A DNA stretch of 64,000 nt from Deferribacterales bacterium (GTDB lineage: Bacteria > Chrysiogenota > Deferribacteres > Deferribacterales > Geovibrionaceae), in assembly GCA_050251875.1 (NCBI GenBank), contig JBFWMA010000001.1:337587-401586 (forward strand), in the 5' to 3' direction. The notes below the pieces were generated by a model, which had not been told where the DNA came from, searched no databases, and was given only the letters and a program-made list of their open reading frames with translations. The position numbers and the translations under genes are program-made. Below, in pieces: positions 19,744-27,731 of the stretch. Position 1 is the stretch's first letter; each line of letters opens with the position of its first letter.

Positions 19744-20103
19744 TCAGCGGGAAAATTCTTTCAGCAGAGCCTTGATGACCGTTTCGATGAACTTGATCTT
19801 GTCATAATCCAGCGCGGAAATATCTTCCAGCAAATCGTGCCAGCCCACGGGAATGTCCGGTCCCTGGGCGCTGTTAGCCTGTAGCGTAGTCGTTCTGTAA
19901 TGCGCTAATGGTTGGTCTTCAAAAAAATAACGGATGTCAATGTTGTATCTTTTCGCAATGAGACGGAGCTTTTCCGTATCCAGACTGCCTGTTCTTTCGT
20001 GATAGCTGACTACCTGCTGGGCAACGTTCAGCAGAGAGGCTATCTCAGCCTGGGGTATATTCAGCTCTTTTCTCATCTGTTTAAGTCTTGTTCCTGCGTG
20101 CAT
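19744..20103 (-). CDS. XRE/cI-like HTH repressor
   Basis: MHAGTRLKQMRKELNIPQAEIASLLNVAQQVVSYHERTG; 119 aa after start reassignment; no S24 peptidase domain. Confidence 0.88.
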   Translation of the reverse strand: MHAGTRLKQMRKELNIPQAEIASLLNVAQQVVSYHERTGSLDTEKLRLIAKRYNIDIRYFFEDQPLAHYRTTTLQANSAQGPDIPVGWHDLLEDISALDYDKIKFIETVIKALLKEFSR

Positions 20104-20113
20104 GTGACAATAT

Positions 20114-20198
20114 ACATAATTTCTTTGTACGCAACAAACATAAAGTTTGTGTTGAAATATACATAAAAATTGTGTATAGGAGTACACATAATGTTTGT
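20114..20198. promoter_or_regulatory. Four phased 15 bp operators overlapping divergent promoters
   Basis: ACA-N9-TGT at 20114, 20138, 20161 and 20184; plus-strand TTGAAA-17-TATAGG (20152-20180); minus-strand TATATT 5 nt before the repressor ATG. Confidence 0.7.
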
Positions 20199-20209
20199 TG
20201 AGGTGGACA

Positions 20210-20461
20210 ATGGCTGCACAGCAGAAGGTATGGAACGAAGAGTGCATCACGAAAGAGCTGGACAGGATCAGCAACAGGAATCTGACGATATATCAGGTGG
20301 CGGCTCTCTTGCAGGTGAGTCATATCACGGTGCGCAGATGGATCAAGGAGGTTAAGCTCATCGCCTGGAACACCAGCGAGACGGGTTCCGGCAGATGGCG
20401 TATACCGAAGGACAGCCTGGAGGAATTTTTACAATCCAGAAGTTGTATGAATATAGAGTGA
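20210..20461 (+). CDS. Small excisionase/MerR-like HTH DNA-binding protein
   Basis: LTIYQVAALLQVSHITVRRWIKEVKLIA...GRWRIPKDSLEEFL; GAGGTG RBS before ATG 20210. Confidence 0.88.
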   Translation: MAAQQKVWNEECITKELDRISNRNLTIYQVAALLQVSHITVRRWIKEVKLIAWNTSETGSGRWRIPKDSLEEFLQSRSCMNIE

Positions 20462-20476
20462 TATGATGAAATCGAT

Positions 20477-20604
20477 GTCATTGCGAGCCTGCATCGCAGG
20501 CGTGGCAATCTCACGTATGCGCATACTTTATGAGATTGCTTTAGCTCACAGCTTACGCTGTTTCTTTCAGCCTTCGGCTAGTGTCCTAAAATCCTCGCAA
20601 TGAC
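20477..20604. repeat. GTCATTGCGAG...CTCGCAATGAC palindromic element
   Basis: Terminal inverted repeat plus internal gcaatctca/tgagattgc; lies between convergent genes. Confidence 0.85.
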
Positions 20605-20629
20605 GTTGTATGGATGAATTTCTGTAAAG

Positions 20630-21613
20630 TTATTTATCAAATAGAGCGTGTACGAAATCTTCGGCGCTGAAGGGTTTCAGGTCGTCTATCCCCTCTCCGA
20701 AGCCGATGAATTTCACCGGGATCTTAAGCTCGTCTACTATGCCGATGATGGCTCCGCCTTTGGCTGTGCCGTCCAGCTTTGTCAGCACCAGTCCGGTGAG
20801 CCCGATATCCTCGTGAAATTTCTGAGCCTGAGACAGAGCGTTCTGTCCGCTGGTGGCGTCCAGCACCAGAAGCACCTCGTGGGGAGCGTCCGGAAGCTCT
20901 TTCTTAGCCACACGGACTATCTTTTCCAGCTCTTTCATCAGGTTGTATTTTGTATGAAGTCTTCCCGCCGTGTCGCATATCAGGACATCGAATCCCTTTG
21001 CCTTGCAGGATGATATAGCGTCAAAGATAACAGCGGCACTGTCTGAGCCTTCCGCCTGTTTCACCACAGGCACGCCGACTCTCTCCGCCCATACGCAGAG
21101 CTGATCCACAGCCGCCGCGCGGAAAGTGTCCCCCGCCGCCAGACATGTTTTCAGTCCCTGTTCTTTAAACATTTTCGCCATCTTGGCTATGCTGGTCGTT
21201 TTGCCTGTGCCGTTCACTCCCACCACCATCATGACATAGGGACGGTCTTCTGTGGGGGTCAGGTCGTTGGGCAGGTCGAGTATTTCGAGTATCTGTTTTT
21301 TCAGAGCGGTTTTAAGCTCTTCGGGGCTTTTCAGGGTTTTTCTGTCCACCTGATCACGCACGGAATCGATGATGCGCATGGTGGTTTCCACTCCGACGTC
21401 AGAAGTGATGAACAGCTCTTCGAGCTCTTCCAGAAGCTCTTCGTCTATCTCTTTTCTGCCGAGGAAGATGTTCTCCATCCCGCCCACGAGTTTTCCGGAT
21501 GTTTTCGCCAGACCCTCTTTCAGACGTTGAAAAAAACCTGACGATTCAGAGGTTTCTTCCTCTTTTTGTATCTCTTTATCATTGTTTTTTTTGAAAATTC
21601 CGAAAAATCCCAT
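20630..21613 (-). CDS. ftsY: SRP receptor GTPase
   Basis: GVNGTGKTT, DTFRAAA, DTAGR, TKLDGTAKGG. Confidence 0.98.
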   Translation of the reverse strand: MGFFGIFKKNNDKEIQKEEETSESSGFFQRLKEGLAKTSGKLVGGMENIFLGRKEIDEELLEELEELFITSDVGVETTMRIIDSVRDQVDRKTLKSPEELKTALKKQILEILDLPNDLTPTEDRPYVMMVVGVNGTGKTTSIAKMAKMFKEQGLKTCLAAGDTFRAAAVDQLCVWAERVGVPVVKQAEGSDSAAVIFDAISSCKAKGFDVLICDTAGRLHTKYNLMKELEKIVRVAKKELPDAPHEVLLVLDATSGQNALSQAQKFHEDIGLTGLVLTKLDGTAKGGAIIGIVDELKIPVKFIGFGEGIDDLKPFSAEDFVHALFDK

Positions 21614-21687
21614 GAAGCCTCCAAGCGTTAAGCAGGGTATTATATGCAGAAAGAAATATTAATACAAAGAAAAAAAACTGCGGCTCG

Positions 21688-22722
21688 TTATTTAACAAAG
21701 TTTCTGGCGCAGGGAAAGTGTGTTTCGAATTCCTCCCGCTCGCCCGGGTCGTATCCCATTATCTTTTTCCACACTGTGTCGTGTTCCATGCAGAAGTATA
21801 TGAAGGCGTCTTTCCAGTGTTTTCTGACCTCTTTCACGAAGAAATCGAGCATGTAAAAACGGCGGGTTTTGAAATAGCGCATCTTACCGTCCAGCGATTT
21901 CACATATTCGTTTTCCAAAAGGAGGGAACGGTCGAATTTCTGGCGCACTATGTCCAGCAGTTCCGGCATGAAGCGGAAGGTGGACACGCTGATGTATTTC
22001 ACGGATTTCTCCGGCACGCTCTCGACCATCTGTTTCACTATCTCTGAGTAGCCCGCCTCAAAATTGTCATAATATATCAGCGGGTCGAAGTGAAAACCTA
22101 TGCCGAATCCGGCGGCGGCGCATTCTTTTGCCGCTTTCAGCCTGTCGGATATTTTCGCTGTGCCGTATTCCTCTTTTTCCATAATTTCCTGAGGGTTCAG
22201 GCTCCATGAAACCATGATGTTTTTCGGATTGCAGTGCAGCAGGTTTTTCACGTTCGCCGATTTTGTTTTGAACTCGAAAAGTATGTTCTCCGAGTCATTT
22301 ATGATCTCGGTGATGTATCCGCTGAAATTAAATATATGATCCAGCGCCAGACTGTCCGTCAGCTCCCCCGTGCCCAGCCGGAAGAATCTGTCCTTCGGCA
22401 TATTCATTATCTCGTTTTTCACTGTCTCAAAACCGGAATACACCTTAATATATTCGTGGTTCAGATATGCCTGAAGGATGCAGTAGGAGCAGTCGAAGGG
22501 GCATCCTTCCGATATGTCGGTGACGTAGTAGTCGCAGCATCTGTATATTTTGGTGGCGGGGCATCTGTGGACGAAGGTATTCTGTTCATCTGCGATATAG
22601 ACGCAGTTTTTGTTGTCCGGTACTTCGTCTGCGCCGTCTACAAGGGTTATGCTGTGGTTTCTGGCGGCATATAGCGCCGGATAGCTGTTTTCAGCGTTTT
22701 TGTTAAGAAATATTCTGCTCAT
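21688..22722 (-). CDS. Spore photoproduct lyase-like radical SAM protein
   Basis: GCPFDCSYCILQ, GTGELTDSLALD, EFKTKS, SWSLNP, DGKMRY, YFCME. Confidence 0.85.
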   Translation of the reverse strand: MSRIFLNKNAENSYPALYAARNHSITLVDGADEVPDNKNCVYIADEQNTFVHRCPATKIYRCCDYYVTDISEGCPFDCSYCILQAYLNHEYIKVYSGFETVKNEIMNMPKDRFFRLGTGELTDSLALDHIFNFSGYITEIINDSENILFEFKTKSANVKNLLHCNPKNIMVSWSLNPQEIMEKEEYGTAKISDRLKAAKECAAAGFGIGFHFDPLIYYDNFEAGYSEIVKQMVESVPEKSVKYISVSTFRFMPELLDIVRQKFDRSLLLENEYVKSLDGKMRYFKTRRFYMLDFFVKEVRKHWKDAFIYFCMEHDTVWKKIMGYDPGEREEFETHFPCARNFVK

Positions 22723-23518
22723 CAAAAAACCTGAAAATCTCTTTTACCCTGTCCGTCTGCTCAGACGCTTTTTTTATAATATCTTCATATTCTCCGGCAT
22801 TTTCCGCCGTGAACGAGAATGTCAGCTTTCCGGTTTCGAAATTGTCCATAGATTCAGCCTTAAAAGCCAGAGGAGATGTCAGCTCCGTGAACTGCTTCAT
22901 AAAGCTGATGCGGGCATTGTCCTTTTTTATGGAGAGATTTTTTACGATATCCCCCTGAAAATCCGCTTCGTCCGCCTGTGACTGCATGTCGAACAGAAGG
23001 TTGACGAGTTTGCGGAAATCGCCCACCGAGATGTCTCTGTCCTCCACAGTGTTTTTCACATATCTGCGGCAGTCGTTCTTCAGCTTGTCGAAGACCGCAA
23101 TGGTCTTCAGCGGAACGTCTTTCACGCTGAGATATCTTTTCAGAACAGGACAGAACCCCGTGAGGGCACGCAGAGTGTCGAAACTCTGGCGTCCTTTTAT
23201 GTTTCTTTCGCAGAATACGTCTATGCCTGTGTGGTTTATATCTGTTCTGTCGCAGATGACCGTCAGGTTTGCCAGCTCCACAGTGTTCAGCGTGGCGGAA
23301 CCGTATATGTCAACGGACATGTTAAGGGCGTGGGTCAGGCTCTCTGCCTCTATCACATAATATTCGTTCTCTTCGTTCTCGAAACCGCATATCTGATAAA
23401 GCTCTCCGTTCACATCGCACGCGGCGGGGGGATACACTTCGTTTCTGACGGCGGGTCTCATAACCCAGTTAAGGCTTTTTGACGGGAAGATACCCGATAT
23501 AATTATACCTTTGCGCAT
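22703..23518 (-). CDS. Hypothetical protein coupled to the SPL-like gene (possibly degenerate ParB-like)
   Basis: 271 aa ORF overlapping the radical SAM start. Confidence 0.6.
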   Translation of the reverse strand: MRKGIIISGIFPSKSLNWVMRPAVRNEVYPPAACDVNGELYQICGFENEENEYYVIEAESLTHALNMSVDIYGSATLNTVELANLTVICDRTDINHTGIDVFCERNIKGRQSFDTLRALTGFCPVLKRYLSVKDVPLKTIAVFDKLKNDCRRYVKNTVEDRDISVGDFRKLVNLLFDMQSQADEADFQGDIVKNLSIKKDNARISFMKQFTELTSPLAFKAESMDNFETGKLTFSFTAENAGEYEDIIKKASEQTDRVKEIFRFFDEQNIS

Positions 23519-23574
23519 ATGTCACCTGTATGTGACATGAAGTATATGACAAGACGTGGTTAATGTAAAACTGA

Positions 23575-24582
23575 TTATCTGCCGAACCGCAGTCTGAAGT
23601 CCTGCGGAGTCACGGAATATGCCCTGTGGAATATTCGCCTGAAACTGTCTGTGCTGCCGAACCCGCACTTGTCGGCTATCTCGCCTATGGAATATGCGCT
23701 GTCCTCAAGGAGCTGAACGGCGTGTTCCAGCCTCAGGTTTTCGATATATCTGCCGGGAGTGCATCCGGTCTCCGCCGCAAAAGTCCGGGCGAATGTTCTG
23801 GGGCTCATGCATGCCCGCTCCGCCAGATCGTCCACGCTGACCCTCAGCATGTGGTTGTCGCCGATCCATTCTATTATCTGCTCCAGCCTCTTTCCCTCAT
23901 ATTTCTGCGCTTTCAGCCGGGAGCTGAACTGTGACTGACCGCCGGGTCTTTTCAGATAGACCACCAGCATGCGGGCGGTGTCCAGAGACGTCCGCCTGTC
24001 CGTGTCTTCTCCCACCATAGCCAGCGCCAGATCCATTCCGGACGTGATTCCCGCTGATGTGTAGACTCCTCTGTCCACGGTGTATATGGAGTCCGGCTCC
24101 ACCTTTATGTCCGGATATCTCTTTGCCAGCTCATTGACGCAGACCCAGTGGGTTGTCGCCCGTCTGCCGCTCAGAAGCCCCGCTTCCGCCAGAACAAACG
24201 CTCCGGAGCATACGGAGGCGAGACGTCTCGCTGACACGGCGCTCTTTTTCAGCCAGCTTAGAAATCCGGCGTCTTTGTATATGTGTCTTATGTCGCCGCC
24301 AGCTACTATCAGCGTGTCTATGGGGTCGTGCCAGTCTTTCCATGAATCGTCAGCGCAGATGGATACGCCGGACAGGGTTCTGCATGCCCCACGTTCAGCC
24401 GCTAAAATGCGCACGCTGTATAACGGCTCCCTGCCGCCTGCGTGCAGAACGGCGTTGGCGGCGGCAAAAACCTCCGCCGGTCCCGTGATATCCAGCATAG
24501 CGGCGCCGTCATACACCGCTATGATTATGTTTTTCGTGTTTTTACCTGACGGCTCCGCTGATATGCCGGAAAAGAAATCCAT
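23575..24582 (-). CDS. GlxA-family AraC regulator (DJ-1 domain + HTH)
   Basis: SVCSGAFVLAEAGLLSGRRATTHW, RPGGQSQFS, C-terminal AraC HTH. Confidence 0.95.
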   Translation of the reverse strand: MDFFSGISAEPSGKNTKNIIIAVYDGAAMLDITGPAEVFAAANAVLHAGGREPLYSVRILAAERGACRTLSGVSICADDSWKDWHDPIDTLIVAGGDIRHIYKDAGFLSWLKKSAVSARRLASVCSGAFVLAEAGLLSGRRATTHWVCVNELAKRYPDIKVEPDSIYTVDRGVYTSAGITSGMDLALAMVGEDTDRRTSLDTARMLVVYLKRPGGQSQFSSRLKAQKYEGKRLEQIIEWIGDNHMLRVSVDDLAERACMSPRTFARTFAAETGCTPGRYIENLRLEHAVQLLEDSAYSIGEIADKCGFGSTDSFRRIFHRAYSVTPQDFRLRFGR

Positions 24583-24603
24583 ATTCTGTCCTTTTTATAT
24601 TTA

Positions 24604-25203
24604 TTATACCTCAGCCTGATAAGGAGGCGCCGGATAATATTCCAGCAGATGCTGAACCTCTCTGGCGTGTTCCCTGCCTCTCAGCTCTCCCACCAGCCAG
24701 AGCGCCATGTCGAGCCCGGCGCTCACCCCCGCGCTGGTGACGACGTTTCCGTCACGGACGTAGCGTATTTTCTCCATCACGGTTATGTTTTCATATTTTT
24801 TCAGCTCTTCTATGCACATCCAGTGTGTTGTCGCCGCTTTGCCTTCCAGGAGCCCTGCTTCGGCCACCAGCATAGATCCGGTGCATACTCCGGCGACCCA
24901 TTTTGCCGATTTCGCCGCTCTTTTCAGCCAGCCCACCAGAGCCGTGTCGGTCACCAGCTCTTTCACCAGAATGGTGCCGGGGACTATCAGAACGTCCGCT
25001 TCGGGCATATTGTCCAGAGTGTAGTCAGGGGTCACTTTTAACCCGCCGTAGCATTTTACCGTGTCTTTTGAGTGGGATACAGTGAAAACCATGTCGCTTT
25101 TGCTGTCTAAGAGCGCCTTAGACCCGTTGAAAACCTCACAGGGAGCGGCGAAGTCGAGCTCGGCCACTCCGTCATAGATAAGAACCGCTGTTTTCAGTGT
25201 CAT
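24604..25203 (-). CDS. DJ-1/PfpI family protein (isonitrile hydratase-like)
   Basis: ELDFAAP, GVCTGS, TTHW, TSAGVSAGLD, LEYYPAPPY; start reassigned to MTLKT. Confidence 0.92.
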   Translation of the reverse strand: MTLKTAVLIYDGVAELDFAAPCEVFNGSKALLDSKSDMVFTVSHSKDTVKCYGGLKVTPDYTLDNMPEADVLIVPGTILVKELVTDTALVGWLKRAAKSAKWVAGVCTGSMLVAEAGLLEGKAATTHWMCIEELKKYENITVMEKIRYVRDGNVVTSAGVSAGLDMALWLVGELRGREHAREVQHLLEYYPAPPYQAEV

Positions 25204-25503
25204 GATGCTTCTCCGGAAGTTATTTGCAGTTATTTTGTCTGCATATCCGGATGATGGGCTGAAACTGAAAAACGCACAATGACAACGAGACCGCATTTTC
25301 TGCCAAAAAACATCGTTAATGGGTGAATATGATGAAAAATTATCCACAACAGACATGGAATGTTTATTAAAATCAAAAAGTAACAAATATTTTTTCCGGG
25401 CACTTTTCCCATCATAATTTAAACACATCTGAATACAGAGCAATATCAGTGTGTTAACGCTGAAACCCCCAAGTGATGCTTATTTGAGCAGTTTCAATAT
25501 CCC

Positions 25504-25588
25504 TTGACTACAGAAATTTAATTTGTTAACTTTGGCATAAATTGTACGATATTGTCATTGAAAGGTATAGATTGGTATAAAAATGGCA
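25504..25588 (+). promoter_or_regulatory. dcw promoter with 10 bp-phased direct repeats (candidate MraZ boxes)
   Basis: TTGACT-17-TAACTT with an extended TG; TGGCA/TGTAC/TGTCA/AGGTA/TGGTA at 25533, 25543, 25553, 25563 and 25573. Confidence 0.6.
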
Positions 25589-26029
25589 GGAAGTTTTAGA
25601 GGGCAGTACCAACATAAAATTAGTGACACCGGACGTATCTCTGTTCCATCGAAGTTCCGTGAGATACTGAAGGTCAAGTATGGCAGCGATGAGCTTACGC
25701 TGTTGTCCATGGGAGACCATCTGAGACTGTATCCATCTGCCGAATGGGACAGAGAGGAAGCACGGCTGGAGTCCGAATCCAGTGATGACGCTGAGTTTCA
25801 GGAGTTTTTAAGATACCTGTATTCTGACATGGACGAGCTGTCCATAGATAATAACGGACGTATCATGATCTCTTCTGAGCTGAGACAGAAAAACGGTATA
25901 CAGGGAGACTGTGTCGTGAATGGTTTCAGAAACCATTTCGAGATATGGCCTGCCGCCATCTGGGGAGAAAAAGCCTCAGACGACAGAAAAGAAGAACTGT
26001 TCAGGAAATTCGCTTCTAAGATTCGTTAA
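25583..26029 (+). CDS. mraZ: Transcriptional regulator MraZ
   Basis: FRGQYQHKISDTGRISVPSKFRE, IDNNGRIMI, HFEIW. Confidence 0.95.
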   Translation: MAGSFRGQYQHKISDTGRISVPSKFREILKVKYGSDELTLLSMGDHLRLYPSAEWDREEARLESESSDDAEFQEFLRYLYSDMDELSIDNNGRIMISSELRQKNGIQGDCVVNGFRNHFEIWPAAIWGEKASDDRKEELFRKFASKIR

Positions 26030-26054
26030 GCGTTTCCGGAATAAGGAGTGTGAC

Positions 26055-26279
26055 ATGCACATTTTTTCATGGCTGACCCGTATACTGAACAACCGCACCG
26101 ATCTTTCCATGTTTGACATGCACAGTCAGACTGTAAAGGATCTGGGGGCTGAATGCAGAAAATTTATGCAGAAAGGCAGCTTTGTCGAGCTTCGGTTCGG
26201 CACGGCGGAAGGGACGGTAAGAGGAAATGAAGCACATACCGGTTCTTATAAGGGAGGTGCTCAAGTTTCTGCCCGTTGA
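26055..26279 (+). CDS. Small hypothetical ORF between mraZ and rsmH
   Basis: TAAGGAG RBS then ATG; 74 aa; overlaps the rsmH start by 53 nt. Confidence 0.4.
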   Translation: MHIFSWLTRILNNRTDLSMFDMHSQTVKDLGAECRKFMQKGSFVELRFGTAEGTVRGNEAHTGSYKGGAQVSAR

Positions 26280-27153
26280 TCCGGACGGAATAACTCTGGA
26301 TATGACAGGCGGAGGCGGCGGACATTCTGCTGCCATGCTGAAAGAGATCTCTGTGAAAGGCAGACTGATAATCTTAGACAGAGACCCCGAAGCAGTGGCG
26401 AGGCTGAAGGAACGCTTTAAAGAGCACGCCAACGTAACGGTAGTGCAATCCAACTTTTCCGACTTTGACGAGGCGCTCGACAGCCTCGGCATATCAACCG
26501 TTTCATCCATGTTGGCTGATTTCGGCGTATCTCTGTTTCACCTGAAATCGGCGGAGAGAGGTTTTTCATTCCGTAATGACGGACCCCTCGATATGAGGAT
26601 GAATCCCGCAGACAGGCTGACCGCTCATGAGGTGGTCAACAACTATTCGAGGGAGACTCTCGCAAACCTGATAAGAAAATACGGCGAAGAAGATTTCGCC
26701 TGGAATATAGCAACAGCTATCGTGGCGGCAAGGGCTATCAGAAAGATAGACACCACATTGCAGCTGGCGGAGATCATAGCGTCCGCGATTCCCAGAAAGG
26801 CTCAAAAGCCGGGCATCAGCCCCGCCACCAAGACCTTTCAGGCGCTGCGCATATATGTGAACGGCGAGCTGGACGCCATAGAAAAGATGCTGGGCAAGCT
26901 GGAAGCACGGATAGATAAGGGCGGCAGAGCTGCTTTTATCTCGTTTCATTCTCTGGAAGACAGACTGGTTAAAGATTATTTCAAAGAGTTTGAAAAAGAA
27001 TGCGTGTGTCCGCCGGGATTTCCCGTTTGTGTCTGCGGCAAGTCGAGAACCTTCCGCCAGATAACACGCAAGCCCATCACCGCAAAGGACGATGAACTGG
27101 AGATGAACCCGCTTTCAAGAAGCGCCAAAATGAGGGTGGCTGAAAGGGTTTAA
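26227..27153 (+). CDS. rsmH: 16S rRNA m4C1402 methyltransferase
   Basis: HIPVL, GGGGHS, RGFSF..DGPLDMRM, ISFHSLEDR, NPLSRSAKMR. Confidence 0.97.
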   Translation: MKHIPVLIREVLKFLPVDPDGITLDMTGGGGGHSAAMLKEISVKGRLIILDRDPEAVARLKERFKEHANVTVVQSNFSDFDEALDSLGISTVSSMLADFGVSLFHLKSAERGFSFRNDGPLDMRMNPADRLTAHEVVNNYSRETLANLIRKYGEEDFAWNIATAIVAARAIRKIDTTLQLAEIIASAIPRKAQKPGISPATKTFQALRIYVNGELDAIEKMLGKLEARIDKGGRAAFISFHSLEDRLVKDYFKEFEKECVCPPGFPVCVCGKSRTFRQITRKPITAKDDELEMNPLSRSAKMRVAERV

Positions 27154-27167
27154 GGTTATAAAACTAA

Positions 27168-27391
27168 AACCGCAGGATGCGGTTCACGGAAGGAGGCAGA
27201 GGCGTTTACCGCCGAAAGCCGAACGGAGTGTAAGCGGAGCCGATGTTTTACTGAGGCGAAGCGGTATCGAAAAAATTCCAGGACGGAATTTTTTTGGAAA
27301 AAGTTGTTATGAGATTGCCACGCACCTGAAGGTGCTCGCAATGACAAGACTTTTCGTCATTGCGAGGAACGTAGTGACGAAGCAATCTCAT
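27168..27391. repeat. Composite palindromic insertion inside the dcw operon
   Basis: Hairpins aaccgCAGGATGcggtt and aaaaaattcCAGGACGgaatttttt, then tgagattgc...ctcgcaatgac / gtcattgcgag...gcaatctca. Confidence 0.8.
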
Positions 27392-27425
27392 AAGTTTTGA
27401 TTGAACAAAAACGGAGGACGTACAT

Positions 27426-27731
27426 ATGAAAGCACAGGTACTCACAGGATCTCAGACAGAAAATGTTTCAAGAGTCAGAGTCAGCACATTGATTCTGGGT
27501 TCTGTCATCATGGTGCTTCTGTTCTCCATAGTATACATCCGTCAGATGAGCATCAGAACAGGGTACGACATCAGCAGCATGATGTCTCAGATAGAGAAAA
27601 AAGACATAGAGTACACAGCTCTTCTGGATAAACGTTCGGAAAGCTATGACTCAGAGCATCTTTATAACAGGGCGAAGGAGCTGGGTATGGTTCTGCCCGA
27701 TGTGAAGAGGACGTTCTATGTTAAAGAATGA
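27426..27731 (+). CDS. ftsL: Cell division protein FtsL
   Basis: One TM segment plus coiled coil, RAKELGM; between rsmH and ftsI. Confidence 0.85.
   Translation: MKAQVLTGSQTENVSRVRVSTLILGSVIMVLLFSIVYIRQMSIRTGYDISSMMSQIEKKDIEYTALLDKRSESYDSEHLYNRAKELGMVLPDVKRTFYVKE

Noticed and set aside
4514..20461. A complete inducible prophage
   Set aside because: No terminase, portal, replication, integrase/transposase or att repeats were seen, and a host-type TPR lipoprotein with its own terminator interrupts the region.
25275..25306. sigma54 promoter upstream of the DJ-1 gene (minus strand TGGCAGAAAATGC)
   Set aside because: GG-GC spacing is 2 bp too short; TGGCA and TGTCA 21 bp apart fit an ordinary AraC/GlxA-type site better.
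26990..27045. CVC...CVC cluster in RsmH
   Set aside because: A known insertion in many RsmH proteins.
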